From contig JBHGNT010000005.1 of NCBI GenBank assembly GCA_043228905.1, positions 17,732,001 to 17,796,000 of the forward strand: a stretch of 64,000 nucleotides of DNA, given 5' to 3'. The DNA comes from Azolla caroliniana. Taxonomy: Eukaryota > Plantae > Polypodiophyta. How positions within the stretch are numbered: the first letter of the stretch is position 1; every line of letters starts with the position of its first letter. This document shows positions 29,090-43,500 of this stretch, piece by piece. The position numbers were made by a program, and so were the translations under genes. The notes beneath the pieces are model-generated. The model saw nothing but the letters and a program-made list of their open reading frames with translations, was not told the origin of the DNA and searched no databases.

Positions 29090-29275
29090 GTATGTATGTA
29101 TGTATGTGCACGCGCGCTCATCACCACGGGGTAATTATGGGTATTTGGGTATGGCCCATGGGGGGTATGTATGTATCTATCATTCTATGGTATGTATGTA
29201 TCATTGTATGTATATATGTATGTATGTATCATTCTATGGTATGTATGTATGTATGTATCATTGTGTGTATGTATA
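29088..29275. repeat. (TATG)n-type microsatellite region between the PLR1 start codon and the MULE terminus
   Basis: Interrupted tatgtatg runs. Confidence 0.85.
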
Positions 29276-29399
29276 TGGCTCGTGTCTATCCGCTACCAAA
29301 TCATAAATAGGGTTGGCGAGGGAATCGCGGCCACGGGTGGTGCAGGTCGCTCAGCTGATGGCGCGTGCGATCTGCACCGTTCGATTTGGATAAGAAAAA

Positions 29400-29612
29400 A
29401 CCCGCCCAACCCTAACACATCAGTCGCCCAACCACATCTGATCGTCCAACCTTACCGTTGTAGGTCGTCCAACCCTGACCGTTGTAGGTCGCCCAACCCT
29501 GACTATTGCAGGTCACCCAACCCTAACAGTTGCAGGTCGCCCAACCCGGTTGTTGTAGGTCACCCAACCTTGACCATTGCAAGTCACCCAACCATTGCAA
29601 GTTGCCCAACCA
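29400..29612 (+). repeat. Left subterminal ~28-bp repeats of the MULE
   Basis: (t)aggtcgcccaaccct units, about 8 copies. Confidence 0.85.
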
Positions 29613-29889
29613 AATATATCATTTCTGCCAAAATCTTCTATAATTCACTTCAAACTTGAAGCTTAAAACTTAAGATAACAAATCAAATAGCCAGAAAAAA
29701 ATAATCATTGCCAAACATAAAACTTAACTTCAAGAAATACACAAACTTAGACCTAACAAAAAAAAAACTTTAAACTTACAACATAAATAAACTTAAAACA
29801 TATACTCGTTTTATAAACCTAAATACATTTGTCCTAAAACAAAATGCTTTGAACGGTCAATCAAAATTAACTAAAGTAAAATTCCTAAA

Positions 29890-32800
29890 TGACCACTAAA
29901 GCCATGTTTATGGCTCATCTAGGGATGTTGGCAAAATGCAGCCACAATTCTTGCAACAATAAGCTTTCGAGTCCCCTGATCTAAAGGTCAAGGCATCACA
30001 ATGCAAGCATCGAATCTTCTCTATCGCACATATTGGCAATCGCCTCCTAGCTCGACTTGCAAATCTTTGCATTTTTCCGGTGTGTGTTTTGGAAGTTTTT
30101 GGGGAGCTACCAATAAGATCTTGTGAAATGCCAACTGATGCTCTTCTCTTCGCACCAATTGCTTGTGACTGCCATATGGATCCACCGTCTTCTTTATCGG
30201 TGGTTTTTGGTGCACCAACACGATACCATTAAGTTTGGATCATTTCTTCAATGGACTCCATACATGCCAAAATTGTTGCACGGTTGAGGAATCGTAACCC
30301 TTGCTTGAGACATTGAATAATTGCCTCAGCTGTTTGTAATTTTGACTCCCATTCCTCCATATTTGATGTTATAGGGTTTGTCTCTGTTGAGAGATCAAGC
30401 TCAACTTAGTTTAGTTAGTTAGTCAACTATGTAACTTTGTAGTTACCTAGATAGAATCTAGTTAGAAGTGTTGACTGTAACAACTTAAATAGGACCTTGT
30501 ACTTAAGTGGGATATTCTAGATCCTCCACTCCTAAGTACATTTAATATAGGACTTACACATTAGTACCGATATTCTACTCACACATGTGCACCTTTGCAC
30601 ATGAGATGTATATATATACCTCATTGTGGGTATTTTTGTATTTGATGATGATAAAGCTAATTTAATATAGTTACTCATCCCTCATCTTGTGTTGTTCATA
30701 AGTGTATCTCTCTCTCTCTCTTCCTCTCACACATACACACACATATCACTTAATCTTCCGCTTATTAACTTAATCACATAATTAGGTATTAATTCACCCT
30801 TGCTTAATTACTTACCTAATTCTTAATAGTCTCCTCGACTAGTTCTACCTTTATCTCCACTTCTTTTTCTGTGAAATGGTCATTGCGATATGGGCCACGT
30901 GATCTACAAAAGGTAACGACCCATATAGATGTGGCATGTGCCTGTCAATAATCATTCGAAGGACGAGTATATGCTTACATTTACTCACAAGGTCTTGGCA
31001 ATCACAATATGAGCACTGGAGCGATACATTATACCATAGAGTGGGAGTTATCAAGCTCAAAATTTTAAACCGATATCGGGCCTCATCCACAATATGCAAT
31101 GTTGTAATATTAGTTTCATACCTTTCGAGTATCCGCTCAACCTCTTTAAGTCTTGACCTTTGATCCATACAATTTGCACATGGTGCAAATCTACCACTCT
31201 CACATATTTCTTGTCGTTGCTTGTACCATTCAATGACAGTCCCTCCGACACAAGTACTAGTTTCACAGTCCTTGATTAAAACATGTAGAAGATCGGTAAT
31301 TGATTGGTTTATTCTTCCTCTCAAGGCAGTATATTTCATAAACTGTCAATGTCTCTCCACAATATTGGTAGTGTTAACATGTCCGTAGTTGAACATTCTA
31401 CCTAACTTAGGCCACAATTTCCTCCACACACATGTCAAGCCACACCATCCTCCTTCTATATATTGCCAAACACATGGCTTGTTTGCATATTCTACCTTTA
31501 ACTCTTCACATTGGGCATTAAATGTGGATTCAGTAATGCATTGCATGAGTTGGCACATCCGGTGATAAAGATGGTTTCTCTCATTTGCACTTACCTTTGG
31601 CAACAAGTGGTCCACCCATGCTTTTTTGGCATGGGACCGACACAACAAAAGTCGACAATGTGTTTGCGACCTTTGACCATTTGCAACAGTCCAACAAATT
31701 TGACGGTCTGTTGCAACCACATTTATATGACGTCCAACTTTGATCGATGAGTATTGCATTTGGCGTCATGTTCGGTATCCTTGCAAATATGACTCTCAAT
31801 CAAGTTTCTAATGCAAGTTGCTCATGGTTTGATCTCTTGTCACAACTACATATCATGTACCATAATGGAATACCAATTCCCATGGTGTTTGGGGACACAA
31901 TTGCATATAATGGCAACTCAAATTGGTTTGTTTTAAATGTGGAGTCGATTGCCCACGAGTTGTTTATTGAAAATTGCTCACACATTTCTAACATCCATTG
32001 ATCTTGAATCACCAAGATAAATGGTTGCCTTGCCGGAGATCCATATTCGCCAGGCAAGTAAGGTTGAACATGAGCCACCTTCCCAAGATCTCGAAGTGCA
32101 TAAGCATCTTGCATCATCAAAGACCAATCAACCTTTGACATGGAACTCCCAAATTTAACCTATTTGCCATGTTATGGACCACCTTTGGTATCATAAAGAA
32201 CCCATAACTAACAAGGTCTAATGGACTAGACTTGGACTTATGATATGCTTCCTTACACATGCTCATCCGTGCCACATGCCTTGCACATCCAACATAAAAA
32301 AGGTCATCTTTGGAACAACTTATGACATTTGGGTGTGCCGACAAATAGTACGCATCTGGTCTACTTCCCGATATATGACCACTATGAGGTCCATATATTG
32401 AAATGGTCATAGTCCCATGGTCAACCCCATCATTCCTTTGAACGTCCACATGGAAAGTACACCCACATCGAGATGAAGGATTTTGACGTCAAGTGCATGG
32501 ACATTGCCGTCGAGGCGCACCGACCTGATGACAATTATACCTAATCACATGTGCACCCCTTACGATCCCTCTACGGAAGCGTGTGTGATACTTCAATTGA
32601 ACATTTGTGAGTGTATCATCTACCTTAAGGGCCTCTTTCTCGATCACCTCTATGGGTCTAGACTTCTTATATTTCATGACACTTGTCTCTCCCATGTCAA
32701 CAGGAGTTGACTTCAACACAAGTTGACAACCACATCGATCGACCAATGTTCTCACATACGCACTAGGGATCCCATGGTCACGAAGAACATGGGCCCAATG

Positions 32801-33247
32801 TCTCTTTAACTCCTTCAAAGTACCCGTCAATGGGTGATGTGATGCGCCACCATGTGACACTAATACTACCTTCCTCCAATTCTCTACATAAATAACTTGA
32901 AGATTAGGTGATGCCTTAATGTAGATCGCACCCTCATTTCCAAGCATGAGACGACTCTTCATGCACCACCATGCATCAAGATTGAGAGGTGCACCCCTTG
33001 CAACCGTGCTTAACGTTTCAAATGTTACCTTAACTTGACCCAATAAATCTTTACGCATCAAAGCATATGTACCTCTTGCGAATGCAAAATACTTGGCCGA
33101 ATAGTACATGAAGGGATCAACCTCTTCCTCCTCCCATTTGGATGAAGACAACTCCAACTCTTCATCGAATGATGTGGAGTATGATGACGCAAAAGCATCC
33201 TCATAATCATACAATGAGGTGATCAAATCAGGGTCATGTGGATTCAT
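29890..33247 (-). pseudogene. MULE DDE transposase with SWIM finger; frameshifted and interrupted by a solo LTR
   Basis: PFILVIQDQWM..WAIDSTFKTNQFELPLYAI (D1), ILIDQS (D2), LLCRSHAKKAW (CxxH), NTTNIVERH (E), SWIM CDCQDLVSKCKHI, upstream C..CGC..HSGH DNA-binding motif, Cys-rich tail near 29930-30040. Confidence 0.88.
30385..30828. mobile_element. Solo LTR (444 bp) inside the MULE transposase
   Basis: Termini tgttgaga...tcttaata (CA decayed to TA); 5-bp TSD gtctc at 30380-30384 and 30829-30833. Confidence 0.8.
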
Positions 33248-34456
33248 CGTAGCAATCTTTTCAATCTTGATGTGATTAATTTGATAGTAAGATATGATTA
33301 ATATGAATCAAATGGGATTAATTGGATAAAATTGAGTGCCATCGAGATTAATAAAACGAGGGTTTAGGGTTGACAACGACTCAAACTTTGTGATTAACTC
33401 AAGGGCCACTAATTAAAAATCCATCCACCGATGCTACACTCAAGTGATCTTTAATATGACCGTTAATTTATATGTTTAATCAAAAACACGTTAATTGGAG
33501 TCGTTGGCAGCCATAGGTTGGGTGACCTTTGCAATGGACGACTCAATTAAACCAAGTTGGGCAGCCTCATTAATAGGTTGGGCGACTTGATAATAGCATG
33601 TCCAAATACTGTAGATTTTATATTGTGAATTTCAGTTTCAAGAGGGTCTCTGTTATTGATGACCATGAACATGTTGTTTCATCATGTATTCTTGCAACAA
33701 AACTAAGATTTAGTGTAGAAGTTAGATGAGGGTTTGTGAATCTCTAGTTCCACTTCTATGCGATGATTCTTTGTGGGAAATATTATGATTCATGAATTTC
33801 AAATTGTTGTTTACACAATAGAGAATGTTAAAACCCATAGGAAGGAATGGTTATGTAAAGCTATGTTAGAATTAATGCAACTACTTGGATTTAGAAAGAT
33901 TAAAACGGAAGTATTGTGCTTTTATGAAAGAGAGAGACATAGAGAGAGAGAGATTAAACTTCTAATTACTATTAATTATTAGACCTAAAAATTCTTACAA
34001 AATTAGAGACATAGTGAGAAAGGGAGAGAGGATTAGTCATTAATTGTTAATTAAAGTTAACTAAACAAATTATTATCATATTATGAGAGAGAGAGAGAGA
34101 TTAAAAGTAAATCTAATTATCATTAGAATTAGGAAAACTACATGAGGATATGGCCAAGAGCATGAGAGTGAGAGAGAGATTACAAGTAAATATCATTAGA
34201 ATTAGGAAAACTACATGAGAAAACTACATGAGGATATGGTTTCCTATAAAAGTGGTTATCATTAAACCATTTCTTCTAATAGTTAACCCTCAAACCTGTA
34301 TACATGACCATTTCACTAATTGTTCATCCTCACCATGGCATATATAGGTAAAAGCTGAAAATCTCTTGCACAAAGACAACAACATCGTCCATTTTGCAAG
34401 GATTTAATGGCTGCTAATATGGAAATCCCCATCCTTCCCCTCCCAATACAGAAAGC

Positions 34457-37400
34457 TGAAAGGACTCCACGCTCTCTTAAAACAACGCTCGGCCACAACC
34501 GAGTCTAGGATCAAACACAGAAAACGGGTAATGTACGCATGACACAGTAAAGAGAAGAGTACACAGGATGTTTACGTGGAAAACCCAAACACAAGAAAAA
34601 CCACGGCAATCCACAGACTACAAACTATCAATATGTTACAATACACAATAGATGAACGCAGAGGCAACGACCTCTTGTTCATTGTCTTCACCAAAGACGG
34701 CGGTTACATCAGAGACACACAATCTCTGTATATCGCTCTCTCTCTCTCTTTTTTACGCACTGTACAGAAGTTACACAATATAACTCAATCATCGTCGTAT
34801 AGATTAAGTTTGCCCTAGGTCATATTTATATTAATATGACTTTCGGGCCATTTACAAATATAGCCCCAGTGGGCTCTCTAGAACATATTTACATATATGT
34901 CCCTTCCATCCGATGAGAGGTTCTCACCGGGCCCTGTACAGAAGTTACACAATATAACTCAATCATCGTTGTATAGATTAAGTTTGCCCTAGGTCATATT
35001 TATATTAATATGACTTTCGGGCCATTTACAAATATAGCCCCAATGGGCTCTCTGGAACATATTTACATATATGTCCCTTCCATCCGATGAGAGGTTCTCA
35101 CCGGGCCTGCAACATCCGGTTCTAACCGGGTCTTCCTTGCCGGGTACTCCACATCTGGTTCTCACCACTTCCCATCCGGAGGGACCTGTTTCCTAACAAA
35201 CTCCCCCTTCACTCCGGCATGGGATGTCTTACTAGTCCGATCCACTTCCGACATGCATCCAGCTTGTCGGGTATCAGTACTTTAGTCAGCATATCTGACC
35301 CGTTCTCAGCCGTGTGGATCTTCATCAACGCGAACTCTCGATCTTCAACTCGCTCCCGGATCCAGTGATACCTACGTTGGATGTGCTTCGTCTTGGAATG
35401 GTACGCTGCGTTCTTAGCAAGGTGGATGGCACTTTGATTGTCGCAATAGAGCCGGTATTCATCTTGCCGAATACCGAGCTCTCCGATTGAAGTCCTTCAT
35501 CCATAATGTTTCCTTGCCGGCTTCCACAGCCGCCATGTACTCCGCCTCCGTGGTTGACAACGCAACCGTCTTCTGCAGCCTCGATTGCCACGAAATAGCT
35601 CCCCCTGCATATGTCATTACATACCCGGATGTAGACCGGCTGGTATCCACATCAGCCGACATGTCCGAATCGGTGAAACCGTCCAGTTGAGGTTTTCCGG
35701 AGCCGAATCGGAGACACATATTTGAAGTGCCCTTCAAATACCGGAGTATCCATTTGACCGCGTTCCAGTGCTCCTTGCCGGGATTGCTCATAAACCGGGT
35801 CACCACTCCGACTGCGTATCCAATATCCGGTCGAGTACACACCATTGCGTACATTAAGCTCCCGACGGTAGAGGCATATGGAACCTTCATCATATCCGCC
35901 TTCTTTGCTTTCGTCTTCGGGCTTTGCTTACCGGATAACCTGCAGTTTGCCGGAAGTGTCGATCCAACCGGTTTCGCATCTGACATGTTGAACCGGTGAA
36001 GCACCTTTGTCACGTAGTTCTCCTGTGATAGCCACAATTGCTTTGTTGACCGGTTCCGAATAATATGCATCCCCAACATCTGTCTTGTCGGACCCAAGTC
36101 TTTCATTGAGAAGGTCCGGTTAAGAGCCTTCTTCAACATCTGTATTTTGGCTTGGTCCCGTCCGACGATCAACATGTCGTCCACGTATAGAAGGAGTATC
36201 AGGAAGTCGCCTCCTTCGAACTTCTTCACAAACACGTAGTGATCGGCCTGCGTCTTGTGGTACCCTTGATCGGTCATGAAGGAGTCGAACTTCCGGTACC
36301 ATTGTTGGGGAGCCCGCTTTAGTCCGTACAGGCTCTTCTTCAACCGGCAAACTAGGTGCTCCTTCCCTTTCTCCACGAATCCTTCCGGTTGCTGCATGTA
36401 GATCTCCTCTTCGAGGTCACCGTGAAGGAATGTCGTCTTCACGTCCAGCTGCTCTACCTCGAGGTCCATGCTTGCCTCTATACTCAGCACCGTCCGGATG
36501 GAGGTCATCTTTACTACCGGGGCAAATATCTCGTCGAAGTCCATGCCCTTCTTCTGCTGGAACCCCTTCACCACGATCCTAGCTTTGTATCTCGAGGGGT
36601 TGCCAGCATCTCCCGGTTTCAACTTGTACACCCACTTGTTTCGAAGTGCCCGCTTTCCTTTCGGCAACTCCACCAATTTGTACGTATGGTTCTCATGCAG
36701 GGAATCCATCTCATCCTGCATGGCACTTAACCATTTGCGGCTATGGCCATCACTTTTAGCTTCCTCAAAGCTTTCTGGCTCTCCCTCATCGGTCAACAGC
36801 ACATGCTCTGCATCCGGAAATCTCCGAGGGGGCCCTTCTCTCTCTAAGAGGATATCTCCGTCTTTGGCCTTCCGCAACCTGCTCCTCTATTTGCTCTTCA
36901 TCCGAATCCGATTTGGGGTCTTGTCCGGTTTCGGTTTCACCTATTCCTTCTTCTTCGACCTGTCTTGTCTCCTTACCGTCACCGGCTGGTTCATCGAGTA
37001 CTAACCGGTCTCTTGCCATTTGGGTTTGCTCATCGTAGAATCAATCCTTACCGGTCAACTCAGAGTTCATTATCTTCTTGTCCAACTCCCAGTAGGCGAG
37101 CGTCTTGTCCTCCATGAAGATAATATCTCGACTCCGGAATACCTTCTTGTCGCTAGGTCCCACACTCGATAGCCGAACTCATCGTCTCCATAACCGAGGA
37201 ATATGCATGGTTGGGTCTTCGGATCTAATTTTCCTCTCCGGTCCTTAGCTACATGCACATACGCAAGACACCCGAATACCTTCAGATGCCGGTAGGACAC
37301 TTCCTTACCGGTCAACACTCTTTGTGGCGTGTCTCCGTCCAAGGGTACTGAGGGTGATCTATTTATCACATATGTCGACGTCGACAGTGCCTCAGCCCAA

Positions 37401-39933
37401 AACTTCTTGGGTAGTTTTGCTTGCGCTAGCATACTCCAGACCCTCTCCATTATGGTCCTGCTCATCCTCTCGGCCAACCCGTTTAGTTCCGGCATCTTTG
37501 GCATGGTAAATTCAAGCCGGATTCCCTTCGAGCGGTAGTACTCCTTGAACTGCCCCCGGTATTCTCCTTCGTTATCTGTTTGAACCGCCTTCAGCTTCCA
37601 GCCGGTTTCTCTTTTCACTCTCGCGTGGAGCTCTATGAAGACAGATAGCACCTGATCCTTCGTCTTCAACGGTGTGGCCCACAGCTTCCGGCTGTGGTCA
37701 TCTATGAACGTCACGAAGTACTGCGATCCGGCATGTGACTTCGTGTCCACTTGACACACATCAGTATGCACCAACTCCAGTGGTGCATTACGTCTCATCG
37801 GTGGCCTTGGTCAGAAGGAGGTCCGGTTTTGCTTATCGGCTAGATAATCAATGCACTTCTCCAAGTGCACATTCTTCACTGGAATGAAGTTGTCATCTGC
37901 AAGCCTCTTCATCCCCTTCTCGCTCATGTGACACATCCTCTTGTGCCACAACTCATCGGCAGTGTCGGAAGCCACGTTCACTTCTTCCAGGCATAACTGG
38001 GCATTCATCAGGTACAACGTGTTGACCTTCTAGGCCCGAGCCACTATTAGGCTCCCTTTGCTGAATTTCATGACTTTGTTCCGGATGCTACCCGTGTAGC
38101 CTTCATCATCTAGCCGACCGGCTGATATTAGGTTCAGTCGGACCTCCGGAACGTGTCGGACATCCTTCAGCAACAGCTTGCATCTGGTTGGGGTTGTCAA
38201 CCACACGTCTCCTATGCCGACAATTCGGCATGTACCTTTATTCCCCATCCGGACATAACCGTGATCACCGGTTGTGTAGGATGAGAAGTATTTACGGTCC
38301 GGGGTAAGGTGGAACGACGCTCCGGAATCGACAACCCACGTTGTCTCATCACCGGCAAGGTTCAACTCACTCTCCTCGGTGATGAGCATCAACTCTTCTT
38401 CACTTGCCGTGATTGCTGTCCTTCCCTTCCGGTCCGTTCCCCTCCGATCTTTACTGTTCCGGTCCGGTGTCCGCTTCGAATCAGTACCATTGGTTCCTTG
38501 TCTTTTCGGAAATGCCGACAGTTCTTCTGGAAGTGTCCCGGCTTGCCGCAATAGAAGCAGGTAGGCCTCCCCCTTGACTTTGATTGTGTCCCCGACTTCT
38601 CCCGGTTCTAGGGACTACGGTTCCTTTGTCTTCCGCGTTCTAATTTGGTAAGGAGCGCTTTGGAATCGGAGCTTGTATCCTTAACTTTCCGATGCGCCTC
38701 CTCATCTAGCAAGCTCGACTTCACTCTTGCTAGGGATAACCGTTTCCCTTCCGGCCCGACGTTGCCCAAAGTGACAACCAACGTCTCCCAGCTATCCGGG
38801 AGGGAACTGAGCAGGAGTAGTGCTAGTACCTCATCGGCGTGAGGTACTTCTAGTGATGTTGCCTAGTGGATCAGCCCCTGGAAGGCATTCATGTGCTCCG
38901 CCATGCTGGAGCCATCTTGGTACCAGAGTCTTACTAGCTTCCGAAATACCGAAACCTGATTAACAACATTTTTGTTCTGAAACATAATGCCGATCTTCTC
39001 CCAAAGATCATGAGCCTTACTCTCTTCATTGAAGTTGTTGTATAGACTCATGTCGATGAAGCACCGTATGTACGTCGTTGTCTTCATGTGCATCACCTCC
39101 CATATTGTGGCATCGATTTTGTTCGATCTCTTGTCCCCGAACTGAACCGGCAACCAAAGATCTTTAACCATGAGCATGTCCCTCATCTTCAACTTCCACA
39201 CTGAATAGTTGGAGCCGGTGAGCTTGAACATGCCTCCCAACGAATCGTCCATTTTTCTGTGTCGTTTCGCTCTGATACCACTTTGAAAGGACTACACGCT
39301 CTCTTAAACCAACGCTCGGACACAACCGAGTCGAGGATCAAATACAGAAAATGGGTAATGTACGCACGACACAGTAAATAGAAGAGTACACAGGATGTTT
39401 ACGTGGAAAACCCAAACACGGGAAAAACCACAGCAGTCCACAAACTGCAAACTATCACTATGTTACAATACACAATAGATGAACGCAGAGGCAACGACCT
39501 CTTGTTCACTATCTTCGCCGCAGGTGGCGGTTACAACAGAGCCACACAATCTCTGTATATCGCTCTCTCTCTCTTTCTTTCTTACGCACTGTATAGAAGT
39601 TACACAAAATAACTTTATCATCGTCATATAGATTAAGTTTGCCCTAGGTCATATTTATACTAATATGACTTTCGGGCTATTTACAAATATAGCCCCAATG
39701 GGCTCTCAGGAACATATTTACATATATGTCCCTTCCATCCGATGAGAGGTTCTCAACGGGCCTGCAACATCCAGTTCTCACCGGGTCTTCCTTGCTGGGT
39801 ACTCCACATCCGGTTCTCACCGGGTCTTCCGTTGTCGGGTACTCCACATCCGGTTCTCACCGGGTCTTCCGTTGCCGGGTACTCCACATCCGGTTCACAC
39901 CACTTCCCATCCGGAGGGACCTGTTTCCTAACA
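34457..39933 (-). mobile_element. Full-length Ty1/copia LTR retrotransposon (copy A); LTRs 34457-35198 and 39284-39933
   Basis: TG..CA LTRs, TSD aaagc on both sides, tRNA-Met PBS tggtatcagagc (~39269-39280), PPT agggggagtt (~35199-35208), gag-PR-INT-RT-RH order with several stops and frameshifts. Confidence 0.97.
35215..39252 (-). pseudogene. Disrupted gag-pol of copia copy A
   Basis: gag FKLTGSNYSVW, protease VVDSGASFH, integrase LVHTDVC..FIDDHSR..NGLAER, RT LYVDDML, RNase H SWQSRLQKTVALSTTEAEY. Confidence 0.93.
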
Positions 39934-40515
39934 AAAGCTTCTTCTTTAGCAAATATAGAAATCTCTATTGGGTAGCTCACAACAATGAGAAGGTTGGAAA
40001 TATAGCTTTCAAAACCAATGATTGGACCTTAGAGAGAATGTTGTTTTTACCTTGATATGGACAACGTGTAGGATCCTGTCCAAAGTATTGTGGATACAAA
40101 ACAACATTCCTACCTTACAGTATATATCCACAATCATGGCAATTTGCATGTCCCCATAGAAAACTTAGAATGTAGTCTAAAAATAATGGCAGTCTCATAC
40201 ATTCTAAAATATATTATTCTAGAGATAACCTTCATTTGGAAAAGGACCCAAGCTTACCTACATCAACCCAATCTTACCATGTCTTGAGAAAGACCCTCTT
40301 GAAGATTGGAGATTTAGGACAATACCTGTTATTCATCGGATGGATTTTGCATGTGGGAAGTACAATACTTGCCTATGGAATGCTTGGCAAAGCTGAATGA
40401 TCCATGTGTGCTCAACAGTTTTTGAACTGACTCACCCATGTATAAAAACAGTCTCTGAATCCAACAAAATGATCTAAAAACACAACATTTTCTGAACTAG
40501 CACTAGAGATCCAAC

Positions 40516-43500
40516 TGTTGGCCGGAGGCCAGAGTATGAAAGACAAGTGGGGGATGAGTTGAAAGCGAAAAGTATTAGTTATTAATTACCTAGAATTAAA
40601 ATAGGAATGGATGGATCCGGAAGAGTTGCAACGATTCGGATCCGGACCAATCCCTAGCCGGTTGCCGGTATGGCACCGTTTTGTAATCAAAACCGGATTC
40701 CTATAAAAGGAACCGAAGAATGATGTATTAAGGGTGGTGGAATGAATATGAGTCGAATTGTCTTTGAGAATATTGTGTATCTTCCATTTTGTGCTTATGG
40801 TTTTATCTTACGTATGACACCAATCTGTGTATGTTGTTAATCCGGAACCGACCCGGAAATAGTCAGATATAATTATAGTTCTGCTGGAAGCATAAACCCC
40901 GTAACCACCCTTTGGTGAAGTGATCCGAAAGGGCACCCAGTGTTAGTGGCTAGTCCTGATGGGAACCCAACGTTCCTTATGCGCGACGCTCGGCCACAAC
41001 CGAGCGTAGAATGATACACAGAAAATGGGAAATAAAAACACGACAAGAAGAAGAAGAGAATACATAGGAGGTTTACGTGGAAAACCCCAAACTGGGGGAA
41101 AAACCACGGCAGCCCACAAGCTGCAAACTGTCACTATGTAGGAATATACAACAGTAAGTTCACAGAGGCACCGACCTCGTGCTCACAAATCTTCGCCACA
41201 GGCGGCGGTTACAACAGAGGCAACGACCTCTTTCTCTCTCTCTCTCTCTCTCTCTGTACAGTTACGCACACTAATCTCGTGCAAAACAGAAAATGACAAC
41301 AACTACACAAAGGTTTGCCCTAAGTCATATTTATACTAATATGACTTTTCGGCTATTTACAAATATAGCCTCGATGAACTCTCAGAAAACATATTTACGA
41401 ATATGTCTCTTCATCCGGTCTCAGTCGAGTCTGTATCATCCGGCTCTCCGTAGCCGGGTACTCCTCATCCGGTCTCGGCCGGGTCTGTATCATCCGGCTC
41501 TCCGTAGCCGGGTACTCCTCATACGGTCTCGGCCGAGGCCGAGTTTGTTCATCGACCCTGTTCTTCTCCCTTCCCATCCGGAGGGACCTGTCTCCCAACA
41601 AAACTCCCCCTTCACTCCGGCATGGGGTGTCTTACCAGTCTGATCCTCTTCCGGCATGCGTCCAGCTTGTCGGGTGTCAGCACTTTGGTCAGCATATCTG
41701 ACCCGTTCTCGGCCGTGTGGATCTTCGTCAGTGCGAACTCCTGGTCATCTACTCTTTCCCGGATCCAGTGATACCTCCGCTGGATATGCTTCGTCCGGGA
41801 ATGGTAGGCCGCATTCTTAGCAAGGTGGATGGCACTTTGACTGTCGCAATAGAGTCGGTATTCCTCTTGCCATATACCGAGCTCTCTGATGAAGTCCTTC
41901 ATCCATAAAATTTACTTACCGGCTTCCACAACTGCCATGTACTCCGCCTCTGTGGTTGACAATGCAACTGTCTTCTGCAGCCTCGACTGCCACGAAACAG
42001 CTCCCCCTGCATATGTCATTACATACCCGAATGTAGACCGGCTGGTATCCACATCAGCCGACATGTCCGAATCGGTGAAACCGTCCAGTTGAGGTTTTCC
42101 GGAGCCGAATCGGAGACACATATTTGAAGTGCCCTTCAAATACCGGAGTATCCATTTGACTGCGTTCCAGTGCTCCTTGCCGGGATTACTCATGAACCGG
42201 GTCACCACTCCGACTGCGTATCCTATATCCGGTCGAGTACAAACCATTGCGTACATCAAGCTCCCGACGACAGAGGCATATGGAATCTTCATCATATCCG
42301 CCTTCTCTGCTTTCGTCTTCGGGCTTTGCTTACCGGATAGCCTGTAGTTTGCCGGAAGTGTTGATCCGACCGGTTTCGCTTCGGACATATTGAACCGGTG
42401 AAGCACCTTTGTCACATACTTCTCCTGTGACAGCCATAATTGCTTCGCTGACCGGTTCTGGATGATGTGCATCCCCAACATCTGTCTTGCCGGACCCAAG
42501 TCTTTCATTGAGAAGGTCCGGTTAAGAGCCTTCTTCAGCATCCGTATTTTGACTTGGTCCCGTCCGACGATCAACATGTCATCCACATAAAGAAGGAGTA
42601 TTAGGAAGTCGCCTCCTTCGAACTTCTTCACAAATACGCAGTGATCGGCCTGCGTCTTGTGGTACCCTTAATCGGTCATGAAGGAGTCGAACTTCCGGTA
42701 CCATTGTCGGGGAGCCTGCTTCAGTCCGTACAGGCTCTTCTTCAACCAGCACACCAGGTGCTCCTTCCCTTTCTCGACGAATCCTTCCGGTTGCTGCATG
42801 TAGATCTCCTCTTTGAGGTCGCCATGAAGGAATGTCATCTTCACGTCCAGCTGCTCTACCTCGAGGTCCATGCTTGCTGCTATACTCAGCACCGTCCGGA
42901 TGGAGGTCATCTTTACTACCGGGGCAAATATCTCGTCGAAGTCCACGCCCTTCTTCTGCTGGAACCCCTTCACCACGATCCTAGCTTTGTATCTCGGGGG
43001 GTTGCCGGCATCTCCCGGTTTCAACTTGTACACCCACTTGTTTCGGAGTGCCCACTTTCCTTTTGGCAACTCCACCAATTTGTACGTATGGTTCTCATGC
43101 AGGGAATCCATCTCATCCTGCATGGCACTAAACCATTTTCGGCTGTGGGTGTCTTTCTTCGCTTCTTCGAAGCTTTCCGGATCCCCCTCATCGGTCAACA
43201 GAACATGCTCTGCATCCTGAAATCTCCAGGGGGCCCTTCTCTCTCTGAGAGGATATCTCCGTCTCTGGGCTTCGGTGACCGGCTCATCCATCTGCTCTTC
43301 ATCCGAATCCGATTCGGGGTCTTGGCCGGTTCCGGTTTCAGCTTCCTCGACTTCTTCTTCAGCCTATTTAGTATCCTCACCGTAACTGGCTAGTTCTTCG
43401 AGTGCTATCCGGTCTCTCGCCGGTTAGGTCTGCTCATCGTAGAGTCGATCCTTACCGGTCGACTCGGAGTTCATTATCTTCTTCTCCGACTCCTAGTCGG

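Noticed and set aside
29400-29612. Regularly spaced ~28-bp repeats resembling a CRISPR array
   Set aside because: No unique spacers, no cas genes, eukaryotic context, and mirrored at the other TE end.
29031-29659. ORFs rich in MYVC and CRSPNP
   Set aside because: They are translations of the TATG microsatellite and the MULE subterminal repeats.
39939-40515. Possible LINE or gene fragment continuing from 34320-34456
   Set aside because: No motif strong enough to support a call.
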